Below, piece after piece: positions 29,735-40,256 of a DNA stretch of 64,000 nucleotides (position 1 is its first letter; every line of letters starts with the position of its first letter). The notes under the pieces are model-generated. The model searched no databases, had not been told where the DNA came from, and saw only the letters and a list, made by a program, of their open reading frames with translations. The stretch covers positions 1,780 through 65,779 of the forward strand of contig CACKBQ010000002.1 of assembly GCA_902598405.1 (NCBI GenBank), in the 5' to 3' direction. Source of the DNA: an uncultured Pelagibacteraceae bacterium (GTDB lineage Bacteria; Pseudomonadota; Alphaproteobacteria; Pelagibacterales; AG-422-B15). The position numbers and the translations under genes are program-made.

Positions 29735-29821
29735 ACTAAATAGATAATATTTATTTATAGAAATTAAATACTATAAAACGGATGTTTTACTGTCATTTTG
29801 TCACAGATAAGACCATAAAAA

Positions 29822-29897
29822 TGGCGGTCCCTACGGGATTCGAACCCGTGATCTTCTGGATGAAAACCAGATATCCTAACCGCTAGACGAAGGGACC
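29822..29897 (-). tRNA. tRNA-Glu(TTC)
   Basis: Reverse complement GGTCCCTTCGTCTAGCGGTTAGGA...TT-TTC-AT...GGTTCGAATCC...GCCA. Confidence 0.95.
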
Positions 29898-29944
29898 TTA
29901 TACCTTATTTATATATCTAATAATCGGTCTAAATCAATAATTGA

Positions 29945-31729
29945 TTAACTATTTTGTGATGCGGAAATATCAATAATATGTATTTGAGGTATTTTTTTAC
30001 CCCCCCACTCATTGATCTTTATTTTGCCGAATAAGCAAACTGATGAACCCTTATTTTTTATTAATTCTTCTCCAAGCTGTGTTTTTGCACTTCTAAAAGC
30101 CATCGCTTCAATAAATTTTCCTCCATCAGATTTAATAAGACATTTAAAATGCTCCTCACCTATTTGATCAACGGTCGCGAGTATCACATTTTTTAAAAAT
30201 AAAAGATGGTTCAGGATTCTCTGATCCAAAAGGACCAATTTTTTTCAATTTCCCTATGAACATCTAAATTGATTGCTGATGTACTTAAAATGTCATCAGC
30301 AAATAAAATTTTATTATCATGAGTATTTATTACTTTATTGGTCAATTGTTTTTCAAAAAATTTTTCTAATTCTTCTATCTTTTCAGATTCTATTGTTAAT
30401 CCAGCTGCCATTGAGTGTCCTCCACCTTTTTTAAGCAAATTACTTTGAACTGCAGAAATAACTAACTGACCAAGATCAATACCTTTTATTGAACGTCCAG
30501 AACCTTTAGCTTCGCCATTATTTATTGAGAAAACAATGCTAGGCTTATTAAATTTATCTTTAAGTCGACTTGCAATGATACCAATTACCCCCTCATGCCA
30601 TCCTTCACCAGATACGATCAGTAGTTTATTTTTTAGTTTTTTATCATCAACTTGGGCGATAGCTTGATCTAAAACATAACTTTCTATAGTACGTCTCTCA
30701 GAATTAAATTTATCTAAATCGTTTGAGATACTATCGATTTTACTTTTTTCACTTTCAGTTAATAAGTCTGTGCCAAAGTTTGAAAAACCTAATCTTCCGC
30801 CAGCGTTAATTCTTGGACCAATCTTGAAACCAAGATCATGAACACTTACTTTTGATTTTATTTTTGATTTTTCAATCAATGAATTTAAACCTGGATTTAA
30901 TCGTTTTTGTATTACTTCGATTCCCTTTGAAACTAGAATTCGATTTAATCCTTTTAGTGGAACAGCATCGCAAACAGTTCCTAAAGCAACAAGATCTAAC
31001 AAAGCAATAAGGTTTGGTTCTTTTAAGTCATTTTTTTTAAACCAATCTTCACGTCTTAATTTCCGGTTAAGCCCGATAATGAACATATAAGTTACACCAA
31101 CTGCAGAAAGATAGTTTAATCCTGAATTATCGTCCATTCTGTTTGGATTTATAATTGCTGTTGCTTTTGGTAGTTTTATTTCTGGAATGTGATGATCTAA
31201 GACAATTACATCCATACCTTGCTCTCTCGCATATTCAATCTCAGAAAAGGCCATTGTTCCGCAATCGACGGTAAAAATGATCTTTACATCTCTTTTTTTT
31301 AAAATTTGAAAAGGTTTGAATACTTGGACCATACCCCTCACTAAATCTATCGGGTATATGAAATTTTAGATTCACTGAAATTTGTTTAAAATAATTAATT
31401 AAAGTCGAAGTCGAGGTTGAGCCATCAACATCATAGTCACCAAATACTGCAATTCGTTCTTTATTAATTATTGCCTGATAAAGTCTCTCGCAGGCTTTTT
31501 CCATGTCTGCTAAAACGTATGGATCAGGTAAACTTTCTTTTAATGAGGGACTTATATACGTAATAATGTCATCTAAATTTACTTTTCTAATACTTAGTAA
31601 TTTCGCAACTAGAGGGCTTACTTCGTAACTTTGCGAAATATATTCCGTATCTTTTTCACTATATTCTTTTAAAGACCATTTTTTATTTGTTAGAGAAAAA
31701 AAATCTTCGTCGAAAGAATCTTTTCTCAT
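29945..31729 (-). CDS. recJ: ssDNA exonuclease RecJ (two +1 homopolymer frameshifts, probably artifacts)
   Basis: GDYDVDG, PDRFSEGYG, VDCG, DHH, GPRINAGGR, GGGHSMAAG across three ORFs joined at T runs 31293-31300 and 30239-30245. Confidence 0.92.
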
Positions 31730-32686
31730 AGTTCAATCTTTTTTGTGATAAGTCTCGATATACTGAGATGCGGCTTCACCAGTTCTTAGAACTAGTGAAT
31801 GGGTTATGTAGTGACTGCTGTCAGATCTTACTCCTCTAACCATAGTACCTTCTGTTACACCTGTAGCAGAAAAGATAATATCGCCGTGTGCAAGTTCATT
31901 AAGATTATATTTTTTTTTCTAGGTCTTTAATACCAATTTTTTCAGCTCTGTTTTTTTCATCGTCATTATTGATTACAAGTCTGGTTTGCATTTGACCACC
32001 AATGCATTGCAATGCTGCAGCAGCTAAAACTCCTTCAGGAGCTCCGCCGATGCCAAGGTAAATATCAACTGGATTATGTTCTTGTGTTGTCATAATTACT
32101 CCTGCTACATCGCCGTCAGGAATAAGAACAATTTTTGAGCCAATTGTTCTTAAAGACTCAATTATATCATCGTGTCTGGGTCTTTCTAATACACAAGCAG
32201 TAACTTCACTAATTTTAACTTTTTTTAGCTTCCGCGATACTTTTTATGTTATCTTCGACAGCTGCATCAAGATCTATTACATCTTTTGGAAGACTACTGC
32301 CAACTGCAATCTTATTCATGTAAGTGTCTGGCGCATAGAGCAACCCTCCTTTTTGAGCTGCAGCTACTACAGATAATGAATTTGGCATGCCCTTAGCTGT
32401 TATAGTGGTTCCTTCTAAAGGATCTAACGCAATATCAACTTCGTGGTTTTTTGCCAGTTCCTACTTCCTCGCCAATATAAAGCATTGGCGCTTCATCTCT
32501 CTCACCTTCACCAATAACAATTCTGCCATCAAAATCAATTGCGTTTAAAGCTGTTCTCATTGCGTCTACAGCAACTTGATCTGCTGCTTTTTCGTCACCA
32601 AGACCTATTAATTTAGACGATGCAATTGCAGCCTTTTCAGTTGCAGCTACAATTCCTGATGCATATTGAGTTGATATTACGGTCAT
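31726..32686 (-). CDS. glpX: Class II fructose-1,6-bisphosphatase (three +1 homopolymer frameshifts, probably artifacts)
   Basis: [65 protein letters not shown]. Confidence 0.92.
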
Positions 32687-33973
32687 AACGAATCTTCAAT
32701 TCTGATAAATTTAACAGATGAGCTTACTTCTGGTAATCTTTTTATCTGCTTAATAGATGATAAAAGCGAAGATTCTTTAACAGTGTGAGTTATCAAAATA
32801 ATTTCAGCAAAATTTGACCTTTTCGATGGCTTTTGAATTATACTTTCAATCGAAATTTTTTCTTTTGGATAGAGCTTTTGAAATTTTTGCCATTACCCCG
32901 GCTTTATCTTTAGCTGTGATTCTCAAATAATATGGGAATGACAAATTGTCAATTTTCTGGATTTTTAACTTCTTTTTCTTTTGCATTGATGCGCCCAACG
33001 GATAATTATAAGTACCTCTTATAATGTCCATGAGGTCTGACATAACAGAGGCGCCCGTTGGTCCAGCTCCAGCTCCAGGGCCTTCAAAAATATTTTTTCC
33101 AATTACTGAGTCATTTACAACAACAGCATTAATCTCGTTACTCACTTTTGCAATATCTGATTTTAATTTAACAAAACAAGGATGAACTCTTTGTTCGATC
33201 TTACTTAATTTTTTAGAAGCAACTGATAACAATTTTATTGAGTATCCTAATTCTTTTGCAAAAACAAAATCATATTTATCAATCTTAGTAATACCTTCTA
33301 TAAAAGTAGCTTTAAAATTTACAGGAATGTCAAAAGCAATACTTGATAACAATGTGATCTTATGAGCTGCATCAATACCCTGAATATCAAATGTTGGATC
33401 TAACTCAGCAAAACCTTTTTTTTGAGCATCATTTAATACATTTTTAAAATCGCCTGCATTATTTTCCATCTTTGTTAAAATGTAGTTACAAGTGCCATTT
33501 AAAATACCATAAATTTTGTTTATTTTATTAAGTCGCAAATTTTCTCTTACAGCTTTTACAATGGGTATACCGCCAGCAATAGCTGCTTCATAATTGAGAC
33601 AAACATTATTTTGTTCAGCAATTTTAGATAACTCATTTCCATGTACTGCAAGCAAAGCTTTATTGGCGGTAATTACATGTTTTCTATTTTGGAGTGCTTT
33701 TTTAACAACTTTATATGCTATTCCCTTTGAGCCGCCAATGAGCTCAATTAAAATATCTACATTGTCATTTGTTGCTAATGACATTGTATCATTTGTTAAC
33801 GGTAGAGACTTAACTGATAAACTTCTTTTTTTTCTTAAGTTCTTAACAGCAATTTTAATTACATTTATATTTGCAGTTTTTTGAGAAGGTGTTTTAAAAT
33901 TTTTTAATTGTTTGAGAAATCCCGATCCAACTGTTCCAAGTCCCGCGATTCCGACACCATAAGTTTTACTCAT
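32683..33973 (-). CDS. hom: Homoserine dehydrogenase with C-terminal ACT domain (one +1 frameshift at T run 32856-32861)
   Basis: [40 protein letters not shown]; ACT tail ends in an ATGA overlap with glpX. Confidence 0.93.
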
Positions 33974-34163
33974 CGATTTCAACCTTTTCTGGTACGCTCT
34001 CCAAATCTGGTTTCTGAGCATTTACTTGATCATATAAAATTAATTCTGCAGCATTTGGGTTGATAAAAAACTCATAAAAAGAAAAATTTTTTACTGATGA
34101 GCAGGCATTGAAAGTAAATAAAAATAAAAATAAATAAAAAAAAATTATTATTTTTTTTCTCAT
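33966..34163 (-). CDS. Small putative lipoprotein (65 aa)
   Basis: MRKK plus hydrophobic stretch plus lipobox-like FNAC; overlaps both argC and hom as if translationally coupled. Confidence 0.55.
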   Translation of the reverse strand: MRKKIIIFFYLFLFLFTFNACSSVKNFSFYEFFINPNAAELILYDQVNAQKPDLESVPEKVEIDE

Positions 34164-35173
34164 TCTAGTCCTAACCTCTCATCATAATCATTCATAAGAT
34201 TAAAATTTTGAACCGCTTGTCCAGCAGCACCTTTTACCAAATTGTCTAAAACACTAACAATACATAATTTATTTTCTTTATATCCCTTTTTTAATCCTAT
34301 GACTAAGTTATTAGTGCCAACTACTTCCCTAGAGGAAGGAATTTCATTCATCGGTAGCAATTGTATAAAATACTCATCATTAAATCTTTTTTGTAATATA
34401 TCGTAAATATCATTTTGAGATACCTCATTTGTGTCAATATATATGTTACTCAAAATACCTCTTTCAACAGGTAATATATTAGCCGCAAAGAAAACTTCAG
34501 TTTGAATACTTTTGATTTTACTTAGTTCTTGGTTTATTTCAGCTATGTGTTTGTGATCACCAATACCATAGGTTCTGATATTTTCATTTACTTCCTTAAT
34601 TAACTCTTTTTTTCCCTTTGTTTTACCTGCACCTGAGTAACCTGATTTTGAGTCAATAACGATATCGTCGGTTTTAATTGCATTTTGTTTTATCAATTCA
34701 ATTAGTGGGATTAAAATGCTAGTTGCATAGCAGCCAGGGTTTGCAATATGCTTACATTTTTTTATCTTATTTCTATTAAACTCTGTTAACCCATATTGGA
34801 ATTCATCGTTTACCTCAAAGCTGCCGTGTTTAAAGCCATACCAGTTCTCATAATCATTTTTATCATCAAGTCTAAAATCAACTGAAAGGTCAATTATACT
34901 GACATCTGATTTCAATAGATCGCTTCTTTTGTGAAGATTTTCATTTGGCAAGCAATTAAATACATAATCAATGCCACTAAAATTTATGTCTTCATAGCTT
35001 TTGTATTTGAGTGGTGTTTTTACACCAACAGAGTCATGGATTTGAACTGTCTCACCTGCAGACTTGTTAGCAGATAAAGCAACAATCTTAACATGGGGGT
35101 GGTTGAGGCAAATTTTGATTATTTCTTGTCCTACAAAACCACTAGCACCTAATATAGCTACGTTTTTCATCAT
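34160..35173 (-). CDS. argC: N-acetyl-gamma-glutamyl-phosphate reductase
   Basis: GASGFVG, IANPGCYAT, SGYSGAG, DNLVKGAAGQAVQNFN. Confidence 0.96.
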   Translation of the reverse strand: MMKNVAILGASGFVGQEIIKICLNHPHVKIVALSANKSAGETVQIHDSVGVKTPLKYKSYEDINFSGIDYVFNCLPNENLHKRSDLLKSDVSIIDLSVDFRLDDKNDYENWYGFKHGSFEVNDEFQYGLTEFNRNKIKKCKHIANPGCYATSILIPLIELIKQNAIKTDDIVIDSKSGYSGAGKTKGKKELIKEVNENIRTYGIGDHKHIAEINQELSKIKSIQTEVFFAANILPVERGILSNIYIDTNEVSQNDIYDILQKRFNDEYFIQLLPMNEIPSSREVVGTNNLVIGLKKGYKENKLCIVSVLDNLVKGAAGQAVQNFNLMNDYDERLGLE

Positions 35174-35208
35174 TAATTTTTAATTTTAAAATAGAAGTTT
35201 GAAAAAAA

Positions 35209-35655
35209 TTATCTTTTTGAGAATTGGAAACGTCTACGCGCTTTACGTCTACCATATTTTTTTCTTTCAACAATTCGAGAGTCTCTAGTAAGTAAACCTT
35301 CAGTTTTAAGGATTGGTCTTAAGTTTGGATCTAGCAAAGTTAGAGCTTTTGAAATTCCATGTCTGACAGCACCAGCCTGACCAGACATTCCACCACCGCT
35401 AACAGTAACTGTTGTGTCAACATTCATTTTTTTGTTCGTAAGTTCAAGAGGCTGATTAACTAACATGTTTAAAACAGGTCTTAAAAAGTATTTGTTTACA
35501 TCCTTACCGTTTATTACAATTTTTCCAGATCCATCTTTAATCCATACTCTTGCTACAGCATTCTTTCTTTTGCCTGTTGCATAAGATCTGCCTAGATTAT
35601 CTAATACAGGTTTAACTAAATTTTCTTCAGTATTGTTATTAATAGTTTCGTTCAT
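35209..35655 (-). CDS. rpsI: 30S ribosomal protein S9
   Basis: [29 protein letters not shown]-terminus. Confidence 0.98.
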   Translation of the reverse strand: MNETINNNTEENLVKPVLDNLGRSYATGKRKNAVARVWIKDGSGKIVINGKDVNKYFLRPVLNMLVNQPLELTNKKMNVDTTVTVSGGGMSGQAGAVRHGISKALTLLDPNLRPILKTEGLLTRDSRIVERKKYGRRKARRRFQFSKR

Positions 35656-36120
35656 TTAAACTAGATCCTGTATGTTGTACGTTTTAGGGTTTTGAGCCTC
35701 GTGTGGATGCTTATCTCCTACATATACTTTCATATTAGATAGCTGCTTTCTTCCTAGTGGCCCTTTTGGAATCATTCTTTTAACAGCTAATCTGACAAGC
35801 CGATCTGGAAATTTTCCCTCTAATATCTTTCTAGCGTTGATGCTCTTAATTCCTCCAGGATATCCAGTGTGTCTATAATATGTTTTGTCATCAAGTTTTT
35901 TGCCCGTAAGCTTAATTTTTTCGGCATTAATTATAACTACATTATCTCCACAATCCACGTGTGGAGTGTATGTTGGCTTATGCTTACCTCTTAAAATATT
36001 TGAGACATTTGTAGCTAGTCTGCCCAAGACTATGTCTTTTGCATCGATCAATAACCAGTCTTTCTTAATGTCCTCTTTTCTTAGAGACGCAGTTTGCTTT
36101 AGTATCTTAGATGTAGTCAT
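35656..36120 (-). CDS. rplM: 50S ribosomal protein L13
   Basis: [36 protein letters not shown]; start placed at ATG 36120. Confidence 0.98.
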   Translation of the reverse strand: MTTSKILKQTASLRKEDIKKDWLLIDAKDIVLGRLATNVSNILRGKHKPTYTPHVDCGDNVVIINAEKIKLTGKKLDDKTYYRHTGYPGGIKSINARKILEGKFPDRLVRLAVKRMIPKGPLGRKQLSNMKVYVGDKHPHEAQNPKTYNIQDLV

Positions 36121-36260
36121 GTTGTAGTTATTAGAGAATACAGTAAAATATGTCAACAACATATATTTGTATAATAAATTCATATATTTAAATACTGGTA
36201 TTATGATACTTTTTAAATTATTACGCTTTACATAACTCTTAGAGTGTTATTCAATATATT

Positions 36261-36354
36261 GTCGAGTTTAATGCAGCTTGCGGACTTATACAGCTAAGCC
36301 ACCAGCCGCACATAATATCATGATGCGGTTTTTTTGTTTGCTGTGAAACTCGAG
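36261..36354 (+). promoter_or_regulatory. Candidate structured cis-regulatory leader (attenuator or riboswitch-like) upstream of metY
   Basis: Closing stem TCGAGTTT/AAACTCGA; hairpin CCGCA..TGCGG followed by T7; alternative pairing with upstream TGCGG; GC-richer than the flanks. Confidence 0.55.
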
Positions 36355-36377
36355 TAAATATAACTAGAGGAAAAAAA

Positions 36378-37691
36378 ATGGCTAAAAACAAATTTAATCC
36401 AGCAGATTCTGTAAACCCCGAAACAATAGCGTTGCATGGAGGTGATTACAGAAGTGACCCTTCTACAACGTCAGTAGCTGTACCAATTTATCAAACAACA
36501 TCATATCAATTTCATAACACTGAACATGCAGCAAATTTATTTGGAGCTAAAGATTTTGGTAATATTTATACTAGAATCATGAATCCAACTGTAGATGTTC
36601 TTGAAAAGAGAGTTGCAGCAATGGAGGGGGGCGTGGGAGCATTATGCGTAAGCTCTGGCCAATCAGCTTCTATGTTAAGTATACAAAACCTGGTTAAAGC
36701 AGGGGATAATATTGTAAGTTCAACTGATTTATATGGTGGTACTTGGAATTTATTTGCCAATACGATGAAAGATTTAGGAATAGAGGTCCGATTTGCTGAC
36801 CCTACAGATCCTGAAAGTTTTAGAAAAATGACGGACGACAATACTCGCGCTTATTATGCTGAAACATTGCCTAATCCAAAGCTTAAAGTCTTTCCAATAA
36901 GAGAAGTTGCAGATATTGGTGACGAATACAATATACCGTTAATAGTTGACAATACTGCAGCACCAGTAATTTGCAAACCGATTGAACACGGCGCAACCAT
37001 CGTTGTGCACTCACTTACAAAATTTATTGGTGGTCATGGCACAACAATTGGTGGAATAATTGTTGATAGTGGTAAGTTTGATTGGGCTAAAGACCCAAAA
37101 AGACAACCTATGTTAAATAATCCTGATCCAAGTTACCACGGAATGGTATGGACTGAGTTTGCAAAAGCAGTTGGGCCTATTGCTTACATTGTACGAGCTA
37201 GATTTGTAGGATTAAGAGACTTAGGGCCGGCTCTTCCACCTCAAAGTGCCTTTCAAATAATACAAGGCTTAGAAACAGTATCTTTACGAATGGAAAAACA
37301 TTGCTCTAATGCAGCAAAAGTTGCTGAATATCTCTCTAACCACAATAAAGTATCAAGAGTAATATATGCCGGTCTCGATGAAGGCGAGGCTGGAGAAAGG
37401 GCGAATAAATACCTTAAAGGAGGTCATGGAGCTCTTTGTGGAATTGAACTTAAAGGGGGGAAAGCAAGTGGTGAAAAATTTATTAATAATTTAAATATGT
37501 TTTATCACGTTGCAAATATTGGTGACGCAAGAAGCTTGGCTATTCACCCTGCTTCGACTACACACTCTCAATTATCAGATGAAGACATGGAGTCAGCTGG
37601 AGTGAACCCTAGTTACGTTAGACTTTCAATTGGCATAGAGCATATTGATGATATAATTGAAGATCTTAAAAATGCTTTGGACGCGGCGTAA
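36378..37691 (+). CDS. metY: O-acetylhomoserine aminocarboxypropyltransferase / OAH-OAS sulfhydrylase
   Basis: PIYQTTSY, GNIYTRIMNPT, PLP lysine HSLTKFIGGHG, ANIGDARSLAIHPASTTHSQL. Confidence 0.95.
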   Translation: MAKNKFNPADSVNPETIALHGGDYRSDPSTTSVAVPIYQTTSYQFHNTEHAANLFGAKDFGNIYTRIMNPTVDVLEKRVAAMEGGVGALCVSSGQSASMLSIQNLVKAGDNIVSSTDLYGGTWNLFANTMKDLGIEVRFADPTDPESFRKMTDDNTRAYYAETLPNPKLKVFPIREVADIGDEYNIPLIVDNTAAPVICKPIEHGATIVVHSLTKFIGGHGTTIGGIIVDSGKFDWAKDPKRQPMLNNPDPSYHGMVWTEFAKAVGPIAYIVRARFVGLRDLGPALPPQSAFQIIQGLETVSLRMEKHCSNAAKVAEYLSNHNKVSRVIYAGLDEGEAGERANKYLKGGHGALCGIELKGGKASGEKFINNLNMFYHVANIGDARSLAIHPASTTHSQLSDEDMESAGVNPSYVRLSIGIEHIDDIIEDLKNALDAA

Positions 37692-37720
37692 CAAAAAAAT
37701 TTAAAGCCTCTTTATAACAC

Positions 37721-38755
37721 CTAAGTTTGAAGAGGCTTTTTACTATAGATCCACATTGAAATTGATATTAAAAACAAAATTATAGCATTTCCTTGATGAG
37801 CAAGCGCTAAATGCCATGGAATATTTTGAAAAGTCATTAAAATACCAAGCAAAATTTGTATTATAAAAGCTACATTGAATATTATTAATAGATAATTACT
37901 ATTAATAGAATTATTTTTTTTATAACAAGCAAAATTAATGTAAATGACTAATAGTAAAACAATTAGTGCGAAAGTGCGGTGAATGAAAATAATATATTCA
38001 CCTGTTTCAAAAAAATTAATTATTCCAGACAAATTATTATTCTCTATCATGGGGTATATGTTTCCATCATACATTGGCCATGTATTATATAATAAACCAC
38101 TGTGAGTTCCGGATACAAAGGCTCCGTAAGAAATCTGAAAAAAAACTAATATTAACAATATCAAAAATAGATTTTTGTTCTCATAAAAACCATTGATATT
38201 TGCATGGTTCATAGATTTTAAATTAGTCTCAAAAAGCATTTGATATGTTACTCCCAGAATAATAAAAGCCATCGTTAAATGCATTGCTAAGCGATACTGA
38301 CTAACATCAACCCTTCCAACCAACCCACTTTTAACCATATACCAACCAATAACAGCCTGAATAGCTAATAAGACTCCAACTGAAAATACCTTTATTTTGT
38401 GTTTTTTGGGAATTTGATTCATAAATAATAAGTAAATCATAGGAATTAAATATAATATTCCAATTAAACGTGCAAAAAATCGATGAAACCACTCCCAAAA
38501 ATAAATTACTTTAAACTCATTTAAGCTCATTGAACTATTAACCAGCATAAACTCATCAATTTGTTTATATTTATTAAACTCCTCTTGCCATTGCATTTCG
38601 CTCATAGGATAAAATATGCCAGAAATTGGCAACCATTCTGTTATTGAAAGTCCAGAATCTGATATTCTTGTATAACCGCCAATTAGTATAATTACGCAAA
38701 TAGACAATGTTAATAAAACCAGCCATATAGAAAATATATTGATTTTGTTATGCAT
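37721..38755 (-). CDS. ctaA: Heme A synthase (COX15/CtaA type 2)
   Basis: GGYTRISDSGLSITEW, WEWFHR, GWYMVKSGL, VSQYRLAMHL, HR and HQ motifs. Confidence 0.94.
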   Translation of the reverse strand: MHNKINIFSIWLVLLTLSICVIILIGGYTRISDSGLSITEWLPISGIFYPMSEMQWQEEFNKYKQIDEFMLVNSSMSLNEFKVIYFWEWFHRFFARLIGILYLIPMIYLLFMNQIPKKHKIKVFSVGVLLAIQAVIGWYMVKSGLVGRVDVSQYRLAMHLTMAFIILGVTYQMLFETNLKSMNHANINGFYENKNLFLILLILVFFQISYGAFVSGTHSGLLYNTWPMYDGNIYPMIENNNLSGIINFFETGEYIIFIHRTFALIVLLLVIYINFACYKKNNSINSNYLLIIFNVAFIIQILLGILMTFQNIPWHLALAHQGNAIILFLISISMWIYSKKPLQT

Positions 38756-38773
38756 AATTATTAAATATTTAAT

Positions 38774-38968
38774 ATGTTAAAGACAAAAAAATTACTTAGC
38801 ATTGTCGTTTTCATTATTATGATGTTTATCTATTGTTTATTAGTTATGGTTTTTTTAACTAAAATCAACTTTAATAATTGGTTTATCGAATTTATAGTTT
38901 ATTTCATTTTAGGTATATTTTGGGTATTTCCATCAATGTATATTTTAAAGCCTTTTAAAAAAAGATGA
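38774..38968 (+). CDS. DUF2842-like small membrane protein
   Basis: Two TM helices, YFILGIFWVFP; divergent from ctaA as in other alphaproteobacteria. Confidence 0.7.
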   Translation: MLKTKKLLSIVVFIIMMFIYCLLVMVFLTKINFNNWFIEFIVYFILGIFWVFPSMYILKPFKKR

Positions 38969-39258
38969 TAAAAAGTAAAAATAACTCTCCGAAGATGAAG
39001 GAGATAAGAAAAAAAATAGATATCATAGACTCAAAAATACTTCCTTTAATGGCAAAAAGAGCTCAATTAGTAAATAGAGCACTTGAACTGAAAACTAAAA
39101 AATCCGAAATTGTGGATACCAAGAGAATAAATCAAATAAAAAAGAAGGTTATTGCTCAATCGAAAAAATTAGGTGCAAATCCCAAGTTAATTAGTGGCAT
39201 TTGGATTGCAATGATTAAAAATTTCATTGATTTTGAAAAGAAAAATTTTAAGAAGTAA
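38965..39258 (+). CDS. Chorismate mutase type II
   Basis: EIRKKIDIIDSKILPLMAKR...K...IVDTKR AroQ pattern. Confidence 0.85.
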   Translation: MIKSKNNSPKMKEIRKKIDIIDSKILPLMAKRAQLVNRALELKTKKSEIVDTKRINQIKKKVIAQSKKLGANPKLISGIWIAMIKNFIDFEKKNFKK

Positions 39259-39450
39259 TTACTTACTATGTGGTGGTAATTTTTTTTCTACAAACCATTC
39301 GTGTTTTTTTGTGGCAGGATTATACTTTTTCATCCTCAACTTATCTTTAGCTTTTAAGCCTGATGTTGGTTTTTTTGCATAATAATAAAACTTACTGTCA
39401 GTCTTTTCTTCTGGAACAAGTCTAACCTTAACTGTAGATTTTTTTGCCAT
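39259..39450 (-). CDS. rpmG: 50S ribosomal protein L33 (Cys-free form)
   Basis: MAKK..VKVRLV, FYYYAKK, KLRMKKYNP..KKHEWFVEKK. Confidence 0.88.
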   Translation of the reverse strand: MAKKSTVKVRLVPEEKTDSKFYYYAKKPTSGLKAKDKLRMKKYNPATKKHEWFVEKKLPPHSK

Positions 39451-39456
39451 CTTTAA

Positions 39457-39879
39457 TTAATTATCAAGTTTTTTTCTTAAACTGATTAAGTCATTTAAAA
39501 CATTCATAAGCTTAGTTCTTTTTGTCTCACTAATGGCATTGTTAGAAATTGCATTTTGCGTTAGTTCTGATTTATTATCTTTTTTGGTGACTGTAAACAA
39601 TTTATTTTCATTTTCGACTTGAAGTAATTTTTTAGTTCCATTTTCCTTAATAACTTTTTGAACACCTCTGATTGTATAACCATCATTGTATAGAAGGGCC
39701 TTTATGCCCTTTAAAAGCATGACATCCTCTGGCCTATAATATCTTCGTCCACCACCTCTTTTAATAGGTTTAATTTGAACAAATTTTGTTTCCCAAAATC
39801 TGAGTACATGTTGAGGCAGTGAAAGATCCTTTGATACCTCGCTAATAGTTCTAAATGCTTCAGGCGATTTTGAGTTCAT
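39457..39879 (-). CDS. MerR-family transcriptional regulator
   Basis: [41 protein letters not shown]; conserved partner of ihfA. Confidence 0.92.
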   Translation of the reverse strand: MNSKSPEAFRTISEVSKDLSLPQHVLRFWETKFVQIKPIKRGGGRRYYRPEDVMLLKGIKALLYNDGYTIRGVQKVIKENGTKKLLQVENENKLFTVTKKDNKSELTQNAISNNAISETKRTKLMNVLNDLISLRKKLDN

Positions 39880-40197
39880 TTAAATAAAACCCTCATTATT
39901 TGGTTTATTTCTAGAATTTACCTTTGACTTTAATACATTGGAAGCTCTGAATGTAACAACGCTACGTGCAGTTATTGGAACTTCTTGTCCGGTTTTAGGA
40001 TTTCTTCCTATTCTCTCTTTTTTCTTTCTTACTACAAAAGTGCCGAATGAGGAGATCTTAACATCATCTCCATGAATAAGACTTTTGAGTATTTCACCGA
40101 ATACTGAGTCAACTAAAGTTGCTGATTCATTTCTTGAAAGACCAACATTTTTAAACACTGCTTCACTAAGCGTAGATCTGGTTGTAGTCTTATCCAT
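39880..40197 (-). CDS. ihfA: Integration host factor alpha
   Basis: [25 protein letters not shown]. Confidence 0.95.
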   Translation of the reverse strand: MDKTTTRSTLSEAVFKNVGLSRNESATLVDSVFGEILKSLIHGDDVKISSFGTFVVRKKKERIGRNPKTGQEVPITARSVVTFRASNVLKSKVNSRNKPNNEGFI

Positions 40198-40256
40198 AGG
40201 AAAAATTATATAAAATTAATTGCTTATAACAATATATTAATCATCTTTTTTAGTCC

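Noticed and set aside
29789-29805. Pho box upstream of aox
   Set aside because: The TGTCA half-sites are 8 bp apart rather than the 11-bp direct-repeat spacing.
36261-36377. Canonical SAM-II or SAM-V riboswitch before metY
   Set aside because: The GAUUU/CAUUUGAA and GCUAAA/CACUAAA pseudoknot arrangement next to the SD is not recognizable; kept only as an unassigned candidate leader.
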